A DNA stretch of 64,000 nucleotides from Bacteroides sp. CAG:927 (GTDB lineage Bacteria; Bacillota; Clostridia; Oscillospirales; Oscillospiraceae), in the NCBI GenBank assembly GCA_963660915.1, contig CAVLAO010000001.1, positions 83,664 to 147,663 of the forward strand, given 5' to 3'. This document shows, one piece after another, positions 46,615 to 53,935 of the stretch (within the stretch, counting starts at the first letter, position 1; every line of letters starts with the position of its first letter). Both the position numbers and the translations under genes were made by a program. The notes below the pieces were generated by a model that had not been told where the DNA came from, ran no database searches, and was given only the letters and a program-made list of their open reading frames with translations.

Positions 46615-47766
46615 TTATCTTTTCCGATAAAATGCCCAGGAACAAACGCCGCTCAAAACGACGCAGAGACCTGCCAACAGGAAGGAAACCGTAAATCCGG
46701 CACATTCAATCACAGCGCCCCAGATAAAGGTGCCGATGCCGACCCCCACATCGCCTGCCATCAGCAGTGTGCTAGTCGCAGCCCCGCGGCGGCGCTCCGG
46801 AACTCCCTGCACCGTCATAACCGACAAAACAGGATAAGAAATGCCCATGGATGCGCCATAGCCAATTCCACCAAGGAAATAGGTTGCCTGACAGGGCACT
46901 GTACCAATTAAAATATAGCAAACGCCGCACAGCACCATGCTGATTGCCATCAACGTCTGCGGCTTCAGTTTCTTCAGCATTGCATCTGTGCTGAGGTTGG
47001 TAATTGCCATGGAAACGGCAGCAATCAGCAGGAAAGAACCCGGACTGGAATACCCCTTCTGCTGGGCAAACAGCAGAATAAAGCTGTTGCAGCTGGCAAC
47101 GCCCAGCATGATCAGCAGTTCCACCACCGCCGGCCGCAGCGCAGCCTTTTCCAAAACGGTCTGAATGCCATGCTCTGCAGAGGCGGCTTGTTCCGGTTTG
47201 GCGCGACCCTTTTCATAGTTGCACACCAGGGCCAGTGCTCCGCCGCCCAATCCCAGCACCAGGCAGAGAACAAACACCGGCATATAGCTTCCTCCGGCGC
47301 TCAGTCCCAGCACCAGATACCCTGCGCAGGCCAAACTGACCGCCATAGCGGCCCAGAAAATACCCATGCCCAGATTTGACTTTTCCGGCGGCGTCACATC
47401 CACGCTGGCGGTGGCAAAAGCAGCGTTTCCTGCAGCAAATCCCATGCCCTGAATTCCGCGAAGGAGAAGCATCAATGCCGCAATCGGCAGAAGTCCAAAC
47501 AGGAGGGCGGCTGCCCCCATCAGGATCGTGCCAAGTACCATCACCAGACGGCGGGAACGGGTGTCCACCAGATAGCCGCCCAGCAACCGGCCGACGATGC
47601 CGAAAATGGCAAAGGGCACGCCGATCAGGCCGGAAAAGCTGGTAGAAAAACCAATACTGCTCAAATACAGGGGCAGAGAATTATTTAACAGGTTGTGCAC
47701 CAGGAGCAGGCACAGGGAGCCCAGCCAGATGCAGACATAAAAGCGGTTGAATAGTTTCTTTTGCAT
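46615..47766 (-). CDS. MFS transporter
   Basis: I start at MQKKLFNRFYVCIWLGSL (ATG 47766, AAGAGGGA RBS). About 12 TM helices and a ...GRLLGGYLVDTRSRR... loop motif. Confidence 0.85.
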   Translation of the reverse strand: MQKKLFNRFYVCIWLGSLCLLLVHNLLNNSLPLYLSSIGFSTSFSGLIGVPFAIFGIVGRLLGGYLVDTRSRRLVMVLGTILMGAAALLFGLLPIAALMLLLRGIQGMGFAAGNAAFATASVDVTPPEKSNLGMGIFWAAMAVSLACAGYLVLGLSAGGSYMPVFVLCLVLGLGGGALALVCNYEKGRAKPEQAASAEHGIQTVLEKAALRPAVVELLIMLGVASCNSFILLFAQQKGYSSPGSFLLIAAVSMAITNLSTDAMLKKLKPQTLMAISMVLCGVCYILIGTVPCQATYFLGGIGYGASMGISYPVLSVMTVQGVPERRRGAATSTLLMAGDVGVGIGTFIWGAVIECAGFTVSFLLAGLCVVLSGVCSWAFYRKR

Positions 47767-47798
47767 GTAAGTCCCTCTTTCTTCGATCTTTTTTTGAC

Positions 47799-47810
47799 AT
47801 ACAATTGTAT
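47799..47810. promoter_or_regulatory. 12-bp perfect palindrome ATACAATTGTAT in the MFS/GntP divergent region
   Basis: Perfect dyad. It overlaps a possible minus-strand -10 element (TACAAT) about 30 nt upstream of the MFS start codon. Confidence 0.45.
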
Positions 47811-47852
47811 ATGATACCGTCTCGCCACGGAATTTCAACCCATATTTTCAGC

Positions 47853-47876
47853 TTACCTGCAGGTAACCTGGTTACC
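47853..47876. promoter_or_regulatory. Overlapping palindromes TTACCTGCAGGTAA and GGTAACC-T-GGTTACC (candidate operator)
   Basis: A 14-bp perfect dyad (47853-47866) overlaps a 7+7 dyad (47862-47876). Together they give three AGGTAAC/GGTTACC-type half-sites. Confidence 0.5.
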
Positions 47877-47989
47877 TTCGATGCACAACCGCACTTTATT
47901 GTGCGGTCTTAACAATTTTGTTCCGATATGTTAGACTCGCTTTGTTGAGAAAGTGAGTAAATCACAAAGAGATGACAAGGAGGAAAAAC

Positions 47990-49321
47990 ATGTCAACTAC
48001 AATTGGTATTCTGTCCATTATTGTGGCATTTGCCGGTTTGATCGTGTTGACGTATAAGGGCATGTCCGTCATGTATGTGGCTCCGCTGTGTGCCCTGTTC
48101 GTCGCATTGGTCAACGGTATTCCGCTGCTGGACGCCATCACCGGCCCATTCCTGGGCGGCACCACCGGCTTTATTACCGGCCTGCTCCCCATCTTCATGC
48201 TGTCCATCCTCATGGGCCGCGTTTATGTAGAGTCCGGCGCTGCGGTGAATATCGCCCGCACTCTGATGAACGTCTTTGCCCGCAAGGCATCCGGTCCCCG
48301 CAAGCAGACCATCGCGGTCTATATCTGCATTGCGGTCAGCTGGGCCATGTGCTTCGGCGGCATCGACACCTTCTGCGCCCTGTTCACCCTGTTCCCGGTT
48401 ATGCTGACCATCTGTTCGGAAGCAAACATTCCCCGCAAGTATCTGATCGGTTTGATCACCTGCGGTGTTTCCACTGCTGCTTTAACCCCCGGCGCACCGT
48501 TGGTTACCAATTACACCCCCATGAACATTCTCGGCACCAGCTCTGCCGCCGGTCTGATTCCCGGTTTGGCTGCGGTTCTGGTCATGCTGCTAGGCGGCGG
48601 CATCTACCTCTCCAAATCCATTCATCGCGCTTCTGCCCGCGGCGAGGTCTTTGAACCGGGCAATGTGCCTTTCACCCCTCCGGAGGAAGGCCGCAAGTAT
48701 CCCCCCTTCGTCATTGCCCTGCTGCCCCTGGTGCTGGTGGTTGTGGTGTTCAACCTTATCAACAACCTGATTCCTGCGCTGGCGCTTGGCTTTGTCCTTT
48801 CCCTGATCCTTTTGGTGCCTTTCTTCCCCAAGACTGCGGAGTGCAGCCGCGGCAAGGCACTGATCAACACCTTGAACGAAGGCGGCCGCTCCACTGCCGA
48901 GTCCATCTTTATGGGCGCAATTGTGGTGGGCTTCGCCTCTGTGGTACAGGCCACTGCCGCCTATCAGGTCATGGTGGACGGCCTGCTGTCCCTGCCCCTG
49001 CCCGCACCGATTCTAGTGGTGATCGCCGTTGCAATTCTGGTCGGCCTCACTGGTTCCCCACCTGCCGGACTGGCAATTGTAGTGCCGGTGCTGGCTGCAA
49101 ATCTGAGCCTGTCCCCCATTGCAATTCACCGTATTGCCACAACAGCGGCAACTACCTTTGACACCCTGCCCTTCCAGGGGGCTATCCTGATCATGCTGAG
49201 CATGGCCGACCTGAAGCACAAGGACGGTTATCCCCCCGTCATGATGTGCACTGTTGTCTGGACTCTGGCGGCTTCCGTGGTAGCGGCAATCCTGTTCGCC
49301 GTGTTCCCCGGTTTGACCTGA
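47990..49321 (+). CDS. GntP-family (gluconate/organic-acid:H+ symporter-like) permease
   Basis: Start at MSTTIGILSIIVAFAGLIVL (ATG 47990, AAGGAGG RBS). About 12-14 TM helices with composition and length typical of GntP-type permeases. The family call is from overall pattern only. Confidence 0.65.
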   Translation: MSTTIGILSIIVAFAGLIVLTYKGMSVMYVAPLCALFVALVNGIPLLDAITGPFLGGTTGFITGLLPIFMLSILMGRVYVESGAAVNIARTLMNVFARKASGPRKQTIAVYICIAVSWAMCFGGIDTFCALFTLFPVMLTICSEANIPRKYLIGLITCGVSTAALTPGAPLVTNYTPMNILGTSSAAGLIPGLAAVLVMLLGGGIYLSKSIHRASARGEVFEPGNVPFTPPEEGRKYPPFVIALLPLVLVVVVFNLINNLIPALALGFVLSLILLVPFFPKTAECSRGKALINTLNEGGRSTAESIFMGAIVVGFASVVQATAAYQVMVDGLLSLPLPAPILVVIAVAILVGLTGSPPAGLAIVVPVLAANLSLSPIAIHRIATTAATTFDTLPFQGAILIMLSMADLKHKDGYPPVMMCTVVWTLAASVVAAILFAVFPGLT

Positions 49322-49366
49322 TCAAACGCACATTTCCCACATTTCATATCCCCTCTTATCCTCGAA

Positions 49367-49394
49367 AACGGGCGGAGCTTCTCCGCCCGTTTTC
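49367..49394 (+). terminator. Intrinsic terminator of the permease gene
   Basis: AAAACGGGCGGAG / CT / CTCCGCCCGTTTT. Confidence 0.8.
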
Positions 49395-49546
49395 AACAAA
49401 AAAGTTCTGGGGTTAAGGTCAGAGACTTACTTTAAAGTAACTTCTTTTCAAGGTAAACGTGTTCTGATACAATGAAGTTGCAAACAGAAGATCCATTACC
49501 GAACCTTATTATAAAAATAAAACAACACAGAAAGGAAGCAATCACC

Positions 49547-51520
49547 ATGAGCTGTAAATTCCCCCATATGTTCCTGCCCATGACCATCAAGGGCGTCACC
49601 TTCAAAAACCGCGTATTTGCATCCCCGATCACAACCAACCGCATTGTTGACCACGGCTATCCCACCCCCGAGGGCATCGATGTCTACGAGACCAAGGCAC
49701 GGGGCGGTTTTGCCGAAGTAACCGTTACGGAAAGTTTCATCGACCACGAATACGCCTGGCGGCATGAGCACGGTCTGGACGTGTGGTCCAATCCTATGAC
49801 CACCTTCCACATGGAATCCATCATGACCCTGACCGAGGCTATCAAGGCCCACGGCGCTGTTGCTTCCATTCAGCTCAACCATGTTGGTGCCATGAACCAC
49901 CCGGATACCATTCCCGGCCACAAGAATCCCATCGGTCCTTCCGCCTTTGTCCGCGAGGACGGCGTTCAGGTCGAGGAGATGACCGTGGAGATGATGAAAA
50001 AGACTGCCGATCAGTGGGCAGAAGCCGCCTGGGTATGTAAATCCCTCGGCTTCCAGATGATCAACCTCCACGGCGGTCACGGCTGGCTGCTGAACCAGTT
50101 CATCTCTCCCCGTTTCAATCACCGCACTGACGAATACGGAGGCAGCATGGCCAACCGTGCCCGCTTCCCGATCATGGTTTGCGACCGCATTAAAGAGGTC
50201 TGCGGCGATAATTTCCTCATCGAATATCGTATGTCCGGCTCCGAGCGCATTGAAGGCGGCATGACACTGGAGGACGGCATTGAGTTTGCAAAGCTGATCC
50301 AGGATCACGTCGACCTGATTCACGTCACCTCCGGTGTCTATCAGGATCACGTCAACACCAAGGCGTTCAGCTCTATGTTTGATAAGCACGGCTGCAATCT
50401 GGATCTGGCGGAAGCTATCAAAAAGAACGTCCATGTTCCCGTGGTGGCTGTCGGCGGTTTCAACGGCCCGGATCAGATTGAAGACGCCATTGCCTCCGGC
50501 AAGTGCGACTTTGTCGCCATGGGCCGTCAGCAGTTTGCAGATCCCGCTTTCGTGAACAAAACGCGGGACGGTCTGGAGGACACCATCGCCCCCTGCCTGC
50601 GCTGCTCCTGCTTCAATCCCCTGGCCTCCAATCCCGGTGAGCGCCCCATTCCTTCCCTGTGGCACTGCGCCGTCAACCCCTGGTCTCAGCGTGAACTGCG
50701 CTGGCGCAATGCACCCAAGCCCCTGGGCAAGCGGAACGTGGTCATCATCGGCGGCGGTGTTTCCGGTATGTATGCCGCCGTTACAGCTGCCGAACGCGGT
50801 CACGAGGTTACTCTTGTGGAAAAGGCAGATAAGTTGGGCGGTCAGCTTTGGTTCACTGAAATCGACACCGACAAGGAATCCCTGCTTCGCTTCCGGGACA
50901 GCATGATTGCCCGCTGCAAATATGCCGGCGTGAAGATCCTGCTGAACACAGAGGCCACCAAGGAGTCCATTCAGTCCATGAATCCGGACTATGTCATCTG
51001 CTCCGTTGGTGCGCATCCCTTTGTTCCCCCTATCAAAGGCATTGAAAACGCTGAGCACGCTCTGTATGCTTACACCCATCCCGACGAGATCAAGAACAAG
51101 CGCATCGTCATCATCGGCGGCGGCGCCATCGGCTGCGAAAGCGGCTACTTCTTCGCCAGTGAATGGGGCGCTCACGTTGATATCCTCGAAATGCGGGACG
51201 ATGTGTGCAAGGATTCCGGCATAAGTCAGCGCATGGCGCTGTTGCCCCGGATGAAGAAGTCCGGCATGGGCACCTATTGCTCCGTCAAGGTAGGCGAAGT
51301 CACTGACAAGGACGTCAAGTTCACCGATAAGGACGGCAACGAGCAGTTCATCGAGGCCGATCTGGTGCTCCACTGCTGCGGCAGCCGCTCCAATGATGAC
51401 ATTGTCAAGAGCCTGGAAGGCTGCTGTGACCGCTTTGTGGTTACCGGTGATGCCAAGCAGGCCCGCACCGTCAAAATGGCAACCTACGAAGGCTTCTGCG
51501 CCGCAATGGATATCCTGTAA
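49547..51520 (+). CDS. 2-enoate reductase / 2,4-dienoyl-CoA reductase-family flavoprotein (OYE-like FMN domain plus Fe-S plus FAD/NAD(P) domain)
   Basis: Start at MSCKFPHMFLPMTIKGVTFKNRVFASPITT (ATG 49547, AAAGGAAG RBS). ...INLHGGHGWLLNQFISP..N.RTDEYGGS..NR.RF... is the OYE signature. CLRCSCF...C is the Cys cluster. VVIIGGGVSGMYAAVTAAERGHEVTLVE is the Rossmann fold. Confidence 0.85.
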   Translation: MSCKFPHMFLPMTIKGVTFKNRVFASPITTNRIVDHGYPTPEGIDVYETKARGGFAEVTVTESFIDHEYAWRHEHGLDVWSNPMTTFHMESIMTLTEAIKAHGAVASIQLNHVGAMNHPDTIPGHKNPIGPSAFVREDGVQVEEMTVEMMKKTADQWAEAAWVCKSLGFQMINLHGGHGWLLNQFISPRFNHRTDEYGGSMANRARFPIMVCDRIKEVCGDNFLIEYRMSGSERIEGGMTLEDGIEFAKLIQDHVDLIHVTSGVYQDHVNTKAFSSMFDKHGCNLDLAEAIKKNVHVPVVAVGGFNGPDQIEDAIASGKCDFVAMGRQQFADPAFVNKTRDGLEDTIAPCLRCSCFNPLASNPGERPIPSLWHCAVNPWSQRELRWRNAPKPLGKRNVVIIGGGVSGMYAAVTAAERGHEVTLVEKADKLGGQLWFTEIDTDKESLLRFRDSMIARCKYAGVKILLNTEATKESIQSMNPDYVICSVGAHPFVPPIKGIENAEHALYAYTHPDEIKNKRIVIIGGGAIGCESGYFFASEWGAHVDILEMRDDVCKDSGISQRMALLPRMKKSGMGTYCSVKVGEVTDKDVKFTDKDGNEQFIEADLVLHCCGSRSNDDIVKSLEGCCDRFVVTGDAKQARTVKMATYEGFCAAMDIL

Positions 51521-51540
51521 TCTACTAACATGACAGCAAG

Positions 51541-51571
51541 AAAAGGCTGGGACGCACCGTCCCAGCCTTTT
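51541..51571 (+). terminator. Intrinsic terminator of the enoate-reductase gene
   Basis: AAAAGGCTGGGAC / GCACC / GTCCCAGCCTTTT followed by TC. Confidence 0.85.
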
Positions 51572-51796
51572 TCTGTCCGTTATGTCTTTTATCTACTGGA
51601 CTAAAAGGACCGAGAGCAGTCAATAAGGACGTAAGCACCGTGAGCGACGGCTATAATGGAAGACATAGAGCGACAACAACATTTACTTCTGCGGACATAC
51701 CGATGCCGTGGCATACCTCAAAAATTAAAGCGATCTGACGCAGGCGACGCGGAACCCCCGTACCGTTTCCTCATATTACTGCCTATTTGGACGCCC

Positions 51797-51831
51797 TATC
51801 TGCATATATTTCAAAGAAATATATGCAGATA
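51797..51831. promoter_or_regulatory. 35-bp inverted repeat (16-bp perfect arms, 3-nt spacer) upstream of the Fic gene
   Basis: TATCTGCATATATTTC-AAA-GAAATATATGCAGATA. Confidence 0.85.
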
Positions 51832-51850
51832 ATTCGGATAGCAGCTTGTT

Positions 51851-51882
51851 TTCTGCATATAATATGCTATAATTATGTGCAG
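51851..51882. promoter_or_regulatory. Second, imperfect inverted repeat with the same CTGCA(T/C)ATA half-site, overlapping the putative Fic promoter
   Basis: TTCTGCATATAAT...ATAATTATGTGCAGAA. It contains TATAAT boxes at 51858-51863 and 51868-51873, with a possible -35 element TTGTTT at 51846-51851. Confidence 0.6.
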
Positions 51883-51897
51883 AAAGGGTGGCTCTGT

Positions 51898-52944
51898 ATG
51901 AGAAAATTTGATTACTCCTTTTTGAATAACGGTTTGCTGCCAGCAAACCTTGTGAACCTCACTTCCAATATTGCGGCGCTGAAAACTATGGCAGGCGTGC
52001 GCAAGGACGAATACACGCAGATCTTCACGGAACTGGAAGCCGTCGCAAAGGTGCAGTCCATCAAAAGTTCCAATGCCATCGAGGGCATTGTAACCAGTGA
52101 TGAGCGTATTGCCGCCATTGTCAATCAGAACAGCGCCCCGCTGAACCACAATGAGGCGGAGATCGCCGGGTACAGAGATGCGCTGAATGAGATCCACTTG
52201 GGCTATGAACATATTGACTTCCGGCAGAGCGACATTCTGCGGCTGCACGAAATGATGATGAGCTTTGCGGGCTATGAGTACGGCGGGCAATACAAGACGG
52301 ACGATAATGTGATTTTGGAGATCGACGCAGACGGAAACCGCCGTGTCCGTTTCCGTCCTACCTCTGCGATCGAAACGCCGAAAGCAATGGAGCAGTTGGA
52401 GCTTGCCTATCTGGATGCCCGAAGTGATGCGAATATCAATCAGCTTCTTTTGATCCCCTGTGTGATTTTGGACTTCCTCTGCATCCACCCGTTCCGGGAC
52501 GGCAACGGCAGAATGTCCCGTCTGCTCTCGCTGCTGCTGCTATACAAAAATGGCTTTGACGCAGGAAAATATGTGTCCTTTGAGGAGCAGATCAACAACT
52601 ACAAGGCGTATTATTACGAAGCCCTGCGGCAGTCCTCGGCGGGATGGGAAACGAATGAGAACTCTTATTTCCCCTTTATCGAGAATTTCCTCTCCACCCT
52701 TTATATGTGCTATAATGAACTGGACAAGCGGTTTGCGGTGGTTCACGGTAAGAAGATCACGAAGAAAGCCCGTGTGGAGGCAACCGTCCTAAACAGCCTG
52801 ACGCCGCTATCCAAAGCCGAAATTTGCAAAATTCTCCCCGATGTCAGCCCCACAACCGTCGAAGCCGTCCTCGGCGCAATGGTCAAGACTGGTTCCGTAA
52901 AGCGGATCGGCGCAGGACGGACAACGAGGTATATTAAGGCGTAA
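51898..52944 (+). CDS. Fic-family protein, class II (N-terminal inhibitory helix) with a C-terminal winged-helix-like tail
   Basis: I start at MRKFDYSFLNNGLLP (ATG 51898, AGAAAGGGTGG RBS). The ORF-track start at 51787 would read through the operator repeats. Active-site loop is HPFRDGNGRMSR. The inhibitory (S/T)xxxE(G/N) motif is SNAIEG. The C-terminal segment is ...LSKAEICKILPDVSPTTVEAVLGAMVKTGSVKRIGAGRTTRYIK. Confidence 0.9.
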   Translation: MRKFDYSFLNNGLLPANLVNLTSNIAALKTMAGVRKDEYTQIFTELEAVAKVQSIKSSNAIEGIVTSDERIAAIVNQNSAPLNHNEAEIAGYRDALNEIHLGYEHIDFRQSDILRLHEMMMSFAGYEYGGQYKTDDNVILEIDADGNRRVRFRPTSAIETPKAMEQLELAYLDARSDANINQLLLIPCVILDFLCIHPFRDGNGRMSRLLSLLLLYKNGFDAGKYVSFEEQINNYKAYYYEALRQSSAGWETNENSYFPFIENFLSTLYMCYNELDKRFAVVHGKKITKKARVEATVLNSLTPLSKAEICKILPDVSPTTVEAVLGAMVKTGSVKRIGAGRTTRYIKA

Positions 52945-52953
52945 GAGGTATTT

Positions 52954-53668
52954 ATGAGTAAGAAAAAAAAGCAAAAAGACAACCTTTTGGTCAAAATATA
53001 AGATACACATCATTGTTTTAGCCACAGCTTCTGTTATTGCCTATTTCCTAATTTATCTTGTGTTCAGGGGGAATGGCTTTTTTCCAGTTGGATCAGATTT
53101 AGAAAAAAGTGATTGGCTTTCATTCTTGGGCGCATACCTGTCTTTTATTGGAACTGTAATCGTAAGCATGATTGCCATATTTCAGAGTCGCTATTACAGT
53201 GAATTGAACAAAAAGAAAGATGCTTCAATCAGTAAGAAAGAAATACAGCCAATTTTCTCTGTTAAGATAGTAGCAATAGATATTCAACTGGATAGAACGG
53301 CCGAAGCATTTAGTTTATCTGATAAAAGCAAGAGTCCCGTCCACAAGAATGTAAAAATCAGCGTTGAGAATGTCAATAGATTCCCTATTAAGCATGTGAT
53401 CATATTTGATAAGTACATCACTCCGTTGCTGAAATGCAACGAGGTACAATTCGTTCACTGTGCGTACTATGATTCAGATGACGCAAAGAAGTGGCCAAGC
53501 AAAGTGGCAGTGTTGACTGATGAATATGAGCGCAATGACAGAAGTATTCCCAAATGGTTCAACATCAACTATGAAGATGTTGATGGCAATGAGATGTATC
53601 AAAGCTACGAATTAAGGGATTTTGAAGGGACACTATACTATGCTCTTGAAAGTATAAATGATATATGA
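52954..53668 (+). pseudogene. Two-TM membrane protein gene interrupted by a frameshift in an A8 tract (annotated ORF 53060-53668 is the 3' part)
   Basis: ATG 52954 has an AAGAGG RBS and lies 10 nt after the Fic stop, but it terminates after 15 codons. The downstream frame is open from 52958. Removing one A from the A8 run (52963-52970) gives MSKKKSKKTTFWSKYKIHIIVLATASVIAYFLIYLVFRGNGFF..., which restores a complete first TM helix. The GTG at 53060 has no RBS and would start inside that helix. Confidence 0.6.
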
Positions 53669-53687
53669 ACACGGCAGAATTGCGTAC

Positions 53688-53730
53688 ATAGCCGAGAGCT
53701 TTTCATTCTGAAAGCCCCTCGGCTATTTTT
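53688..53730 (+). terminator. Intrinsic terminator of the Fic operon
   Basis: ATAGCCGAG(AGCTTTC)...(GAAAGC)CCCTCGGCTAT, a long stem, followed by TTTTT. Confidence 0.75.
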
Positions 53731-53849
53731 ATGGCAGAACGGAGGTGAAACATAGTCAACGAAGAAGCTCATTTTTTCCCTGTGCAAAAAAGCATTGGCT
53801 TCATAGTGAAATATCGGTTTGATTTATGGTGTATTTAGCTGAAACAGGC

Positions 53850-53891
53850 AAAAAAAATAACGATCACACAATCCAAACGGACTGTGTGACC
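53850..53891 (-). terminator. Intrinsic terminator of ppdK
   Basis: Minus-strand RNA: GGUCACACAGUCC / GUUU / GGAUUGUGUGAUC (includes G-U pairs) followed by GUUAUUUUUUUU. Confidence 0.8.
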
Positions 53892-53935
53892 GTATTTATA
53901 TCAGTTGTTCTGCCTACTCTGTTTGCGTCAACTTT

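Noticed and set aside
49496-51373. 625-aa minus-strand ORF
   Set aside because: It is antisense to the enoate reductase gene.
51580-51790. Possible gene remnant, tRNA fragment or att site at the left border of the Fic islet
   Set aside because: I translated the open stretches on both strands and found no recognisable domain. There is no cloverleaf-compatible sequence. I saw no direct repeat shared with the right border (53731-53850). I left it as unexplained non-coding DNA.
51787-51897. N-terminal extension of the Fic ORF as given in the ORF track (start 51787)
   Set aside because: The extension would translate the two operator palindromes and the TATAAT boxes and has no RBS. ATG 51898 has an AGAAAGGGTGG RBS and gives a normal Fic N-terminus.
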